From positions 22,010,001 to 22,074,000 of the forward strand of contig CM060732.1 in NCBI GenBank assembly GCA_030704615.1: 64,000 bases of DNA, written 5' to 3'. The position numbers and the translations under genes were made by a program. This document shows, in pieces, positions 49,459 to 62,700 of this stretch. The notes beneath the pieces are model-generated. The model worked only from the letters and a program-made list of their open reading frames with translations, did not search any database and was not told the origin of the DNA. This stretch comes from Takakia lepidozioides (lineage: Eukaryota; Plantae; Bryophyta). Each line of letters begins with the position of its first letter. The first letter of the stretch is position 1.

Positions 49459-50982
49459 CCTTGTTCCCCCAACACTCTCACTCTGTGCGGACCCAATATA
49501 GCTTCCTTCTTCCTCCAACCAACCTCCCTTATAAAGCCTCCTCTCTTTCTATCGTTCTCATCACCTCTGACATACACACTCGGTAGTTTCGTCGTTTCTT
49601 TCTCATAGGCTGCGCACACCATACTTACTTTGGGTATTCCCGTTAGTTAGCCGGGCGAGCTCGTGAGACCTGAAGGGAGCCGAGCGCAGCCCTGTCCCAC
49701 GTCCCACGTCCCACATGCAGCGAACGGCGTTGGTGGGCCCGCACAGTTTTCTTTTCGGTGTTGCTTTGTAGTTTGTACCAGTGTCGTGCGGGTAAATATA
49801 TTTTTGCTACCCCCTAGGTAAAGATTTGACACAGAAATCAGAGGATTATTTATCCTACGAGCAAGGGTAAATTATTTATATGTCCATTTATTTATCTTAC
49901 GGGTAAAGGTACAGGCCAATATTTTTGACTGGATAAGGATAAATGTTGGGTATGGTTAAATGATTTACCCTTTCGTGTTGAGTAGTAGGCTTTGTAAATT
50001 CACTGGACGTTAAAGAACCTTTACTCTAACGATGACCGAAGGTCAGAAGCTAGTTTAGTGTAAAGCAGGAATAGGGTGCCATAGTGACACGTCATCGTCA
50101 CCACGTTTCGTAGACACATCATCGTAGCCAGGTCATCGTAGACACGTCGTCGTCGTCAATTTCTTTGGAATCTGCCCGGAATGCCTGCCCGAAAAACGCC
50201 AATGGATTCATCGCTCCAAGTTTTTCGAAACTGCCAAAAGTGCGCGTTTCTTGATCTTCTTGACCGCGGGAGGGGTTTCATAGGCCGATCGCGATTCACA
50301 GATGGAGACGTTCACAGATTATGAGCACACAGCAGGAGCTCTCACGATGGTGGGACAACCGCAATCGCAAAGTAAGGCTTTTCTTAATGTACTATGTGAA
50401 GAAGTTTGTCCATCCTGCAAATGTGGGCTCTTAGTACCATGATTTGGTATTCTTCCTGATGTTTACAAGGTTCTTCGGAGATTCAACTTGGTCTTAGCAG
50501 GCCGTGTTCCAATCTCTGCCTGCTCAGCTGCACCGTGGTGGTTCTCACATATCAATCCGACATTACTGACTACAGACACAAGCAACACACATAGAGGTTT
50601 TTTTGGGTTGATGGTCGACCAAATCCTCCATAAGTCATGACACAAGGTCAAGGACAATATGGTGAGGGCACCTTCTTCTTCGACCTATTTCAGCCTGTTT
50701 TACCCTCTCATCAGACTCGGCCCTGACAAGTTACTGCTGTTGTGGCAGCAGGAAAGTATCCAGAAACAGGTAACAGAGACAAGGAGAGGTTGTGGAATGA
50801 ATACTTTTCTGACCCCGGTCAATGGTGGGACAATGGAGGCAAAAGGTGAATGCCTGCTGGATTACAGAGAGTAGCACATACAATTGAGCATAGGAACTAG
50901 TGTGATAAGTTGAGTTGGGTGTTTCCTAGAACAAATCTAGGCTGTCATTGTCAGCTGATAGCAGCAAGACAAGGATGTATGT

Positions 50983-51715
50983 ATGATATGTGCAGAGGCA
51001 TGGATAGCTGAAGGAGCAGGGATAGCGTGTGGGTGGACAGATTCATCCAGAGCTGGAAAGCATGTGCACACTCACATTATCCAAAGTGGATTCACACCAA
51101 ATATTGTTCTACTCAACACCCTTGTCAACATGTATGTTAAGTGCGGGAGCATCATGGATGCTCACCAAGTGTTCAACAGAACGCCTCAACGATCTTTGAT
51201 CACGTGGAATATAATGTTGGCAGGATTTACCGAGCATGGGTGTGGTAGGATTAATGCTTTGGAGACCTATGATCAAATGTTGCGCGAAGGGGTGAAGCCC
51301 AACTACATCACGTTTGTGTGCATTTGCAAATTCGTATGCAAGCTTGGCAGCTCTGGAAAAGGGCAAAGAGGTGCATGGTTGCATCACCAAAGCTGGAATT
51401 GTACCAGATGTGATTCTGAACAATACCCTCGTGGACATATATGCCAAATGTGGGAGCATTGAGGATACGGTGGGACTGTTCAAAAATATGGCTGAACGAG
51501 ATTTGGTGTCGTGGAACGCGATGCTTGCAGGATCTGCACAGCAGGGGCGCAGGACGGAGGCCTTGGAAACCTACGAGCGAATGATGGGGGAAGGGGTGAA
51601 GTGCCACCACATCACGTTTGTGTGCGTTTGTAATGCTTGTGCAAGCCTAGCAGCCCTGGAAAATGGCAAAAAGGTCCATGGTGACAATCATCAAAGCTGG
51701 AATTGTACCACATGT
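50983..51715 (+). pseudogene. PLS-class PPR gene copy 2, frameshifted and truncated by CACTA insertion
   Basis: LVNMYVKCGSIMDA, LVDIYAKCGSIED, RDLVSWNAMLAG; near-identical to 18980-19390; ends abruptly at CACTACAGG. Confidence 0.88.
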
Positions 51716-52615
51716 CACTACAGGAAAAGGGGGGCCTTTGCGATGCCCGAGCCACGCCGAAGCGTCGGGAAAACACCCTTTCCGGGCAGGGGGCAGGCGC
51801 AGAATTTGCGATGCCCGGCCGTCGCCCGGCAGTCGCATGGGCGTCGCCAAAATGACGTCGCAAAAATGCGACGTATGGGGGTCGCGAGCCCCCGCGACTA
51901 CCGGACGTCGCTTTTCAGGTCGTCCGCGCCGATGGCAGGGGCCTCCGTCGAGCGACGTCTCGTCGGCGCGGCGTCGCATCCCTTTTTTTTTCTAACCTGC
52001 CCGGGAGTCCCATCCTAAAACCCAAAAACACGTGGCGTAAGCCGGGTGGTACGCCAAGCAACGCCAATGCGTCGCTGCAAGCGACTATTGGGCGTGGCAA
52101 AAAAAAAAAACATGAACAGGAGTCGGCTCCACCACGCCCGGACGTGGGTTTTGGCGACGCTCTGGCGTCATTTATTTTTATATTTAATATATATAAAAAG
52201 ACGTGGCGGGCTACGTGACGCCAGGGCGTCGCGGCTTGCGACCGCCAGACCAAAAAAACACGTCGCAGGGGGTGTCGGGGGTTGCCGCCCGCAAATGGGA
52301 TTTGCGACGCCCGCCCAAAAAACAAGTCGTCATTGGCGACGTCCGGCAGTCGCGAGGGCAGCCTGGGGGGGGGGGGGGGTTGGGGGTTGATTTTGGGGGT
52401 GAATTGGGGGTGGTTTTTTTTTTTTTGCCTGGTTTTGTTTTTGGGGATGAGAGACCTTACAGTTCCATTTCTCTAGCAGGTACACAATTGAGCAAGCATG
52501 AATCGAGGGTGAGGACGGTGCGACACATGAAGAAGATGGAAGATGGAAATATAGAAATATATTTACAGGAAATGAGCTGAAAAACTCACAAGGGTTCAGT
52601 AGGCTGACCCTGGGA

Positions 52616-54559
52616 CCTACATGGACTAAGACTAGTCATCCTCATCCTGATGACTCCGTGCCCTTTGCTAGAGCACCTAAAGGAGGCGGCGTTCATCTAA
52701 GTCCCACAGAGCTCTCATCCAATCCTTGGCCATGACCCCCGACCTCATCCATATTAGTGCCCTGTAGTGCACTCATCCCCTCCGTGTTGGCCATGTTCTC
52801 CATGAGGGATTGCCAACCATGCTCCTTGGCGTAGTTGTACTCTATCGGAGATGGCTTCCTCTCAAACGCGCGTTGCTACACATGCCACAAATTAAAATCA
52901 GTTCTTCGCGATGATGGAGCCAGAAAGAAGACATAACAAAATCCATAGGGAAATACGACTTACAAATCGCAAGATAAAACCCTTGGATCCGCCGGCGCCC
53001 CACTTGTGTGTGGATTCGTGCTTGTCAAGGCGGATTGTTGTTGCTTCACGTGCCCGGTCAAATTTGGCCTTGTTTGCGGCATCAGTCTCCCGCAATGACA
53101 TCCCACATACCCCCCCCCCCCCCCCCCCCCCCCCAACAATTAGTGAATTACACACATACGTTACATTGAATCCACCTCATTAATGCACATGCAACAAATG
53201 GAAGGTGACATGATTCAGGATTTGCCAACTTGTGTAATTCCATAAGGTGGTTTGGGTATGGCCCCCTTTTCCATTGCCCTCCGAATGATCTGTCTGGCAC
53301 AGTACCTCCTGTCCTTCAAGTTTCGCCCCACCATCTCCATCACCCTTGTGTCACTCCAATTGCCCGGAAGCCGGCGGTCTAACTCACGGGCATACGCCCG
53401 CTTCGCACCAAAATGCTGATCAGCCCACTCGATGTGCAAAGGGAACCACCTCAATGCGAGTTCGAAGGCTGGCTTCTTCATAGCCTCCCAGAACGCACCG
53501 CAGGGGTCACCATGGCGATTCACCTCAACCGGTGGCACCACGATCTTTGCCAACTCCACGTCATGTATCACCAAGGGCATGTTATTCTTCCCACCCTCTC
53601 CCTTCTTTGTAGCCTCCTTCCCCTGCTCCTTTGTTACCCCACTGCCCTCCCCCGCATGCACACTCACCCCTTCCTCTCCATGGGACTTCTTCTTCTTCTT
53701 CTTCTTCTTCTTTTCCTTCCCCTTCTCCACGACCATCTCCTTCCCCTTCCCCGCTACTTCCTCTCTCTCCTTCTCCCTCTCCCTTCTCTCTCTCTCCTTG
53801 GCAGCCCCTTTATTGATTGTAAAAGGGATCTCGGGAGATCGAGGCCTCTTCTTCTTACCTTTGGTATTCGGGTCCTTCATGAACACCACGTGCTCTCCCT
53901 CATTGGCAACCCCACTGGACTACACCAATGAGGCCAGCCATGTTGCTGCCTCCTGAAGACAAATAACCCCTCCAAATTCAAAAAAAGAAACAAACAACAA
54001 AGAAAATCATGCATGCAAAGGAAATGATAAAACATGGAACAAGGTGCGACAGTTGTACCTTTGCAAGCTTGTCCAACTCGCCCCCGGTGTCACCCAATGT
54101 GGCAGGAGTCCCCGCTTGCCGGATGTGCCCGCTCTATCCCCTCCCGGAGCGCCACTGGAAGTAGATTCCAGATGTGGAGCATAGCCGGCAGCGGTGCCCC
54201 GTAGTCCAGGCCCTTCTTTGCTGACCGCTCAGGCTCAGGGGGCGGCGTCGCTGATCGGCTAGGCTGCTCCGAACCGGCCCATACCTCCTCCTCTCCCCCC
54301 CCCCCAAATGCGTATCAGGGTAGAAGCCCTCACCCGGCTTGACTTCTTCAAGGCGCTTCGCTATCTTGGCCACTTCATTGGCCCTCCTCGTCTCCTCCTC
54401 GCTCATCGACAACAATGGGCTGGCAATGGAGGCTTTCAAAGGCCCTTGAACCTGACGTTGGGCCTTGGCAAGTGCAGCCTTTGTTGCGGAGGAAGGGGTC
54501 GCTATGGGGGTGACATCCAAAAGTTGCCCATACCAGGCCCCTTGCTTGAATTGTGATCT
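52616..54559 (-). pseudogene. Multi-exon CACTA accessory (TnpA-like) gene
   Basis: ORFs 54134-54565, 53215-53889 and 52898-53155 with splice signals, a basic low-complexity region and HKWGAGGSKGF. Family assignment rests on position and general resemblance only. Confidence 0.5.
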
Positions 54560-57500
54560 GTACATGCTTTAGAATTCAACACTGACATGGATAGCAACTG
54601 TGAAGACCTGCCACTCACCTGATGCATCCTCACTAACACACATCTTTATGTGGTGGTTTTTGGGACGGGCACAGGTGAGGGTCTTCACTTGTCTTGATTT
54701 CTTGAAGCTTGCAGTTCCTATTCTTGCAAATGTGGGTGCTGCTGTTGCCTGCTGTTGAGTCTCTTGCTGCTTCAAAACTTCCAGCACACGGATGCAGACC
54801 TGCTTCAACTTGGCTCCAATGAGGATCTACTTCTGTCCCTTACTTTGTTTGTGGTTTCTTGCAACCATATCTACATGGCAGGAGGTAGGGCAGACATGAG
54901 ACCTCATGGAATACAAATCTACCGATTTATCTACTGTTTTTTTCATGTTTCAATGCGGGTATAATGTAGCAGTCGGTACCTTGGCTGCACTGAAATTCGG
55001 CTCTACAATTTAACAAAGAAAAAAAATAAAAATCTTCGGGAGTAAAAACAAAAACACAATACTTAGATACTGAGAGAGAGAGAGAAGACTCTGGCCTAAA
55101 CCGACGTAACTAAGAGCCACTTCGCCTTATGGCTACTGCACCTTCTCAGGGGTGGGCAGACAACACACATTCTGCAAGGCCTTCATTTCACTTTGATTTC
55201 ATATAATGAACTGCAAACAGGGTTTTTGAATTACCTTTCTACCCTGGCAGAGCTGTTTTTAAGGCCCTAGAATACCACTCCAGACTTGTATCTGCTTAAA
55301 AAAACTCAGCCCTGTTTTTATTTTATGAATCCTGCTTGTGTCTTATGTCTTGTAAAACAGACATTGTGGTTATTTATAGACTACCAAGCATCACATTGTT
55401 GGGCTCTTTTTAGACTACAAACTGTTTTCTAAAGTACCCCAAGTGATCTCTTGGGACAAAAAATTGGTAAGCTCTATATGGTCTCTTAATATACTCCATA
55501 TATTGTGCTTGCCTTGCATCTCTGCTGGCCTGCAATAGAAATATCAGATCCAGATGTACCAGTATGGGTTGGCTGGAATATGCTTAAGACATGTATGTCT
55601 TACTGTTTCAATTTCAATTTTAAGTACTATATGCTTGGCTCTGGAGATTTATCTCCAGACCTGCAATCTGGGTATTTGAAATGAGATTACAATCTACAAG
55701 TATGGTGATGAATGAGATTTGTTATGAGTTGAGTGTAAAGCATTCGTAACTGAGAGTCATGCAGGATGGCAGGGCTGAATCAGGCACAATTGTTAATTGG
55801 ACACCAGACTGACGCCAGGAAAAGTACTGCCAGCACCACTACTACTGAAAGAGGACCAGATCATGGTGCTTTCATGATATGAATGACCAAGAATCCCACC
55901 CTCCCACCCTGTTTTTTCATATACCCTGAAATATAACGAGGTATTCAAATGAGATGGTTAAAAAAAAAAGGTTGTTAGATGATGCCGTGTAAAGGGCTGC
56001 ATTGTCTTTCAATGACAATGACCTTAGTGGTCTTGTCCATGTCTTGACATGACATATATATCTTCCCTCTCTTCTGTGCTGCTCTCTTTTAAGCTCCCGA
56101 TGAGATAAATTCAAGGTCAGATGGTGGGTTTAGCTGCAACATATGTCCAACACCAGATATCCTAAGTTAATCGACTCTATATCTTGGAAACAGGACCGCC
56201 CTGTCAAACAGGGTAAGCCCTAAGAGAAGAGAGTAGAAGAAATTCTCAAGGATCTGATATCAAAGCAAGAGAGAAAGTGAGGGAGGAGGCGGTGCTTACC
56301 TTGGGCGTTGGAGCGGCGTTCGGGCAAACTTCTTGGGGCCTTGCGACCACCGCCGGCTCAGAAGCAGGTGCGTTTCTCCTCCACCCTAAACCCCACTCTC
56401 TGAACTACATCTCTCCCAAAGAACAAACGAAAACGGGAGGGGAAAGAGATGCTTCAAGCACTTAGGGGAAAAAAGCGACGCCCGGCCGTCACACGCCTGC
56501 GCCCCGCCCTTTTTTTGAAATGTAAAAATGATATTTGTGCCGGCCGGCCGTCGTTGCTTGCGACCCCTGGCCCCATAAATTAAGAAAAACACGTCGTTCC
56601 CCGCGACGGCTTTCCGTCACGGGGTGCGACCCCTAGGTAAAAAATTGAAAAAAACTCGTCGTCAAATGCGACGCGAGAGTGTCGCAGGAGGCGGCCGGCA
56701 TTTCTGGGTTTAGGGTTTAGGGCCTTTTGGGTTTCTTAGTTTTTTTTTTTTTTTTTTTTTTAATTATTTAATGTGGTACTGGGTTAGGGTGTTTGCTTTT
56801 CTTTATGGTGCTGGGTTTTGGATTGGCGGATTTGGTTGTGGGTCTTGGGGTTAAAAGAATAAACGGTGTAAGTATGATTCACATACCCAAAATGTGGTTC
56901 AATCTGATAATCGCAAAGCGCTGGGTCTCAACAAATTTTTCCATGGAACGAGAGGAAGGATTTATTGTCTTGGGTTCTAGCACCATAGGGATGCTCCGCC
57001 TTTGGTTACCAATTTTGAACCGAGGCTGAGGTATAGGGTTTTTTTGCCAACGGTTTTTGAGAAATGAAAGTGTTGGTGGTGTGTGTTAATTAGGATGCGA
57101 TGGTGAGGAAATATCGACCCGTCTCCCTCGAGGATGGGGAGGTAGTACCACATATTGATTGTGGCCCTAGAACGACCATTTTTCGTGGCGAGGAACCACC
57201 CATTGCCCTCATCCAATACAGGCTGCCGGACACAATCGTAGAAGGGACCGGAGCCAAATTTCAGGTGATGCGGAGGATGTTGACACTCCGGGATCGAGTC
57301 AGGCGTGCCGCGGGTTGCCCCCTCGCGGGCCACCCTATCTAACCATGTTCACCTTTTACCCCCCCGACAGGATTGAGTGTTGGTGCACTAAGTGTTGGGA
57401 ACGGATACCGTCGGGCGGCACCAGACCACCGAGGCGGCGACCGCATATTGTCGAAAAACATTACAAGAAGAACAAGATTGCGGATGCGGCAAAGGTGAGT

Positions 57501-57829
57501 GTTTTTCCCACCCCTCTCATTAACATTCATTTAAGGTACATTTAGGTTTATCTAATAATATAGTATGATTGGTAAGCATACATGAATCAAAATTACGACA
57601 TAAGTATTGATGCGTCGTTCACTACGTACATTGCAACCACGACTTGATGCCCAAGCTCGCAATCACATTGCATTGGAGGCATTTCACGCCGGTCTACTTG
57701 CAGAATTTGTGCCAAATGTGACCAGTTGGTTCCCCCAGCAGCACGTAGATGAGATGCGTAGGGTCGAGGGGTATCGTAGGTATCGTAGGCATTATGGCCG
57801 GCGACGAGCAGGCCCACCCCCCCCCCCGA

Positions 57830-58735
57830 TCTGTTTCTTTGTCTGATCCACCTCCGGTAGTACCTGATCCGAACGTTTTACCCCCGGCTGCACCTCCGAC
57901 ATTACATCCTCAACCACCTCCACTTTCATCTCATTCGCCAGCAGTACCACCTCCACCTCCACGTGCATGTGCCCCCCGAACCCCTAGGAGGGGTCGGCTT
58001 CGCCCTAGGTTTCCTCCCCTTCGGCTTGGGCGGCCTGAGGCGGATCCTCGCCCCCGATGGAAAGCGCATAGGACTATGTTACTAAGGACCGTCCAGCCTC
58101 ATTGTTGGGGGAATCATCTCGACCCTCCCACCCCCATCCGAGAAAATGTGGAGTTCGAGTATTGGGGGAGACGGTATGTTGTGAGAGCCCCTACAGACCC
58201 TACTATAGGTCGGGGTTTATTCATGGTCAATGATATTGTGGTTCCTCCTTGGAGAAATAGCATGGTGGACTTGTTTCCCTACTACGGTCCATACTACACC
58301 TCCGCGGAGTTCCGTACATTACGCCTCAAAGCCCCATACATCCTACCCTACATTTTGTGTGTCAACGGACAGGATGTACGTGGACGGGGGTTGTCTCCCA
58401 TTGAGATCAGATTTTGTGATGGTGACCCCGATATCTTCGGCAATGTTGTTGGGCTGGTCAATAGTTCTTTTGGTCATCCTAGGAGAACTAATGTAGTATG
58501 GGACGAGCGAAGCGATGGGCATGAGAGCTTTTGTGGTCATACGTCAGTATACTGTGAGGGGATGCACATGTTTGTGATGACATGTGCTAGTAGGACTATT
58601 AGGGCTGGCAGCGAACTATTTGCATCATACGAGTTCTCCCGGGATGATTGGGACCTCCGATTACAGCGTGAGTGGGATGTGTATGATAGAAATAGGGTTC
58701 ATTTGAGACAAGGATCGTATAGAGGGGCAATGTAG
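57830..58735 (+). CDS. SET-domain protein ORF (Pro-rich linker plus minimal SET) inside the CACTA element
   Basis: SET motifs in order at 58208-58630: GRGLF, FPYYG, YIL, DG..GNVVGLVNSS, NVVW, ASRTIRAGSELFASY. About 300 codons are open; the upstream part (from about 57100) is frameshifted. Confidence 0.75.
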   Translation, partial: SVSLSDPPPVVPDPNVLPPAAPPTLHPQPPPLSSHSPAVPPPPPRACAPRTPRRGRLRPRFPPLRLGRPEADPRPRWKAHRTMLLRTVQPHCWGNHLDPPTPIRENVEFEYWGRRYVVRAPTDPTIGRGLFMVNDIVVPPWRNSMVDLFPYYGPYYTSAEFRTLRLKAPYILPYILCVNGQDVRGRGLSPIEIRFCDGDPDIFGNVVGLVNSSFGHPRRTNVVWDERSDGHESFCGHTSVYCEGMHMFVMTCASRTIRAGSELFASYEFSRDDWDLRLQREWDVYDRNRVHLRQGSYRGAM

Positions 58736-58959
58736 ATATTCTCATGATGTACTTTGTATACATCCGATTCATCGATTGATGTAAATTTTTTCTTGTTGCT
58801 CGTGTGGGTTGCAACTTTGCATATGTGATCTAAACATACTCATGCACATGTGGACCAAATATGAGCTTGAACCAAGTTGATTTAATGGGTCCTTCTAGTG
58901 TTGAACGCAGCTACGTGTCATAGAGACGGAAAATTACGTTTCGCCTGCAGATGATTTTT

Positions 58960-59490
58960 TTTTTATTCCATTTTCAAGCCATATGCTTAATGATAGCATA
59001 TGCAATGTGCATGCAAAATTTGGGAGTAAACAAAAGTCATTTGGACCCATAACCAGATTTTGTTCTCTCATTTGCACTCCAAAGTTGAGTTATCTTCAAC
59101 TTCATGCATTCTTCATCAAGAGTTTTGCAAAAGTGACCCTAGAAACACACTTATTTTTTTTCCATTTTTTCTTTGGTCCCATTTTTTGCATGAATGTAGT
59201 GGTGCAAAGCCCAATGTTACAGAAGAAAATAGAGCTAAAAATAAAATCATTACGCCCCTCAAAACCACAATCATATATTTTCTAAATGCAAATATTTATT
59301 TTAAATTCATTTAAATTCGATTTAATTCAAAATTGGTGCAAGGGTGAGTGCGTCGTTGGGGAGATTTTTATTTTATTTTCTATTTTTTTAATTTTCTGCT
59401 GGATCTTTGTACAGGTGTTGCACATATATTTAAGCACATGTAGGAAAAAATGAAGCTTGAGCCACCACATCCGTTTGTTGGGTGCAATGG
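58960..59490. repeat. Non-coding module homologous (inverted) to 2330-2830 and 3455-3960
   Basis: CATATGCAATGTGCATGCAAAATTTGGGAG..CATTTGGACCCA..TGCACTCCAAA..CTTCATGCA..ACCACATCCGTT..TGGGTGCAAT matches the reverse complement of the earlier repeats. Confidence 0.8.
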
Positions 59491-59750
59491 CATGAGAGGA
59501 TTTTTTTTCACATTAATAAACAAAAATTGGTTGATAGGGTGAATGCGTCATTGGGGGGGGAAATGATTTTGTTTGGGTTTGAAACTTTGCATGTGTGTAC
59601 GTTGCGCACATACATATAATTATTGAATGACATATTTGATGCACGCACACATTGAAGGTTGTTATTTGCATTTCGCTTATAATGAAGTGTATGGTTGCAA
59701 GGACACATTATAATATATGTCCCTATGTTCATTTGTTCGTATCAGGACTT

Positions 59751-62700
59751 TGTTCATCCCTTCCCGGTCCTTTCTGTCGCGCACCTCACTTCAGTAAGCT
59801 CCCCTTCAAGTCATAGTTACTCGCTTGATGCGCGCGCTTAACTCCCAAACTGGCCGCCGGGCCAACTCAGAGCTTCGGCTGCTCACTGGGGCATAACGGT
59901 CCCCCTTTACTCCTCCACTAGACCCTCTCCCAATTTGGGCCTAGTGGAAATTCCCTTTGGTCGATGGCAGTCCGGAATAGCTCCCCACACCTTGGTCGCT
60001 TTCCGGCTCGCACGCTTACTCACTAGTTTTTGGACACCAACGGGCTTGCACCGTTCTTGGGGTTACTACTCCCTATATATACTTCTGTGACTGTCCGCAG
60101 GGATTTCACAAACAACACCACCATTTTATGGCGAACCACCACGAAAACCCTCGATTCTCGATGATGAGTCGCGGTGAGTCTTGGCCCACCCACCACGGTC
60201 CCCTTGGACCGTGATGAGTCCCAAGACTCCCCACGACTCCCACCACAAGGTCTCCGCCCCCATGGTGAATCCTATGCCACCCCCACTAAGTCCCACTAAG
60301 CTACCACCACCCCTTGTGGAGCCACCCCCACCGCAACCCGGTGTGCGGGGTTTAGGCTATTGAGTGCCTCCGCCTCCTCGAGTGCCTTGGGCACTCGAGG
60401 TTGCTTCAGCCCCCCGTACCTATGCCACCGCCCCCACCACAGGGGCAGCCCCTCTGCGACCCGACCCCTTGCCCTCAAGGCAAAGGGGCCGTGACACACA
60501 CCCCTACCAACAGGGAGTCGCTGTCCTCATCGACTTGTCCATTTTGTAGAAACGAACATCCAAGTTGTGGCGTCCTACATCAAGGAGTTTGTTTCCGCAC
60601 CATGGCGTCCCATGACTAAGAACCAAACCCCCACTTGACTCTTCTTTCCACTAGCTAGTTCGGCCGACTTCCTCCAAGTCCAGGCCAAGGGTGGAGCCTC
60701 TCAAGCTCCTCCCAGAGCACTCTTCTTGACCCACTTCAGGGCCAAGGATCGATCCTCCCCGAGGATCGAATCGCCTTACTGTAATAACATTTGCTTGCGA
60801 CCGCTCATGATGTCGCTTTTGGCATCACCTTGAGCAAGGCGTCGCCTTGAACCCTTTTTGACTAGGAAGATAACCTTGAACCAACCGTGCGACTCAATCA
60901 CTACAATTGGGTCCGCTTTGGAATGCTGGCCTGAGGTACGGGAACACGCCGAAGCCGCACTACGACTTCGTCCCGAGACTACACGATTATAGTATGTGAA
61001 CGGAAGCACGTAGCTTCCGCATTAGCCCGCACTACAAGGCAATCCCCTCGGTAGCGCAGTTATAGTACGCGCACGCGCCAGGTGCGCACTAGTACGTGAA
61101 CTCCTAACGAAGGTGCAAGTTTCCTTGCCCCTTGGGTGGGAGTCACCCGATTTCGGCACTACACAAACACACGATTAATCCAATTTACCTCTCCCACTTT
61201 GTAAGCTTAGCATTCTACACACGCTAGGAAACGGTATGAACGGCAGGCAAATCGGAAGCGAAGAGAGGTTAAGTTTGAGGCAGGTACGGAGGTCTGGTTG
61301 AACATCAAAAAATTTCGACTACCTCCGGAAGTGAGTCCGAAGTTTGTACCTCCGTATGCAGGACCCTTTCGCATCCGGAAGGTTATGAATGAGGATGTGT
61401 ATGAATTGGAGCTGCCGGCAAACAGCAAGGTGCATCCGGTATTCCACGTCTCCCTTTTGAAGCCTTACTTCAAAGATGAAGCGCGTCCGAATCGGCCTCA
61501 AGTGTTGCATCCGCCACCTGTGCTGTTGGATCATGAAAATAAACCTGAGTACGAGGTGGAGGCAGTGTTTAAGTCGAGGAGGTTCAAGAATCGAGAAACG
61601 GAGTATCTCGTGAAATGGAAGGGCTATCATCATGTGGAGGCATCTTGGGTGCGTGCCTCAGAAACGGGAAACGCATCCGAGGCGGTTGCAGCTTTCGAAG
61701 GGCGACCTCAAAAGCGGAATAAGCGTTGATGGGGACATCAACCTTAGAGCATGGGGGAGGAAATGCATGCTTAGCTCGGCTTAGCTAGCTCAGGAATCCA
61801 ATTGCAAAAACTTGTATTGTACAAATTTTGTTATAAAAGAAATGGTTTCCAAATGTTGTGCGTCCTATTTTGTTTGGAATGGTGATGCATGGTATGGTTG
61901 ACAATGTTGTACTTTGCGAGCTTCAACAAACGCTCGCGTTCTTCCAGCACTGCCGCTGCTGCCGGTTCCTCAACGTCTTGGGCGGCCCAACTTGTCGGCA
62001 TCAGAGGTGCTTTTCCATAGACCAATACGAAAGGGGAAACTCGTGTTGCGGAATGTTTTGTGTTATTATAACAGAACTTTGCCGCATCCAAGTGCTCCAC
62101 CCAGTCCGATTGGTCTGCCGACATGTAATTTCGCAAGATCTGCTTCACCACGGAATTCACCCTTTCCGTTTGGCTGTCTGTCGTAGGTCGGAAGGCGGTG
62201 CTCATTTTGAGCCTCGTCCCTATTTTCTTCCAAAGTACCCTCCAAAATTTACTAGTAAACTTTGCATCGTGGTCCGAGACAATATCCTTCGGGAGTCCAT
62301 GATGCTTGAAGACGTGGGCGAAGTAAAGTCACCCCGTCTCCTGCGCCGTTGCCGTCTCCTTGGTGGGGATGATATGACCCATTTTACTGAACCTATCCAC
62401 CACCACCATGATTGCGTCGAATCCTTTTGACAGCGGCATAGTAGTCATGAAGTCCATCGAGATACTTTCCCAAGACCCCTCTGGAATCGGCAACGGTTGT
62501 AACAGCCCCGCTTGCTTTTTGTACTCGCTCCGGTTTTGTTGGCATGTGGTGCATGTCTTGACATACTCCTCGGCATCCTCCCTCAGTTTGGGCCATAAAT
62601 ACTCTTTCTTCAGGATTGCCGCGGTGCGCTTGGCTCTGTCGTGGCCCGTAAGCGGGCCATCATAATATTCTCTCAAGAGACTATCTTTGATCCCTCCCAT

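Larger units (their letters stand above)
51716..59750. mobile_element. CACTA (En/Spm) element, left part; other end outside window or lost
   Basis: Starts CACTACAGGAAAA at 51716, followed by GCGACG/CGTCGC subterminal repeats to about 52360. A similar repeat block lies at 56475-56700. The right limit is set only by the nested gypsy. Confidence 0.8.

Noticed and set aside
49790-49972. GGGTAAA/TTTACCC-rich stretch as a MITE in the SIR-PPR intergenic region
   Set aside because: No clear TIR pair or TSD could be defined.
52761-52769. CCTGTAGTG as right CACTA terminus
   Set aside because: It lacks the TTTT extension, subterminal repeats and TGT duplication, and lies within the TnpA-like coding region.
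56706-56790. Telomeric TTTAGGG motifs (also near 24620)
   Set aside because: Only two or three units; short interstitial telo-box motifs are common and do not indicate a chromosome end.
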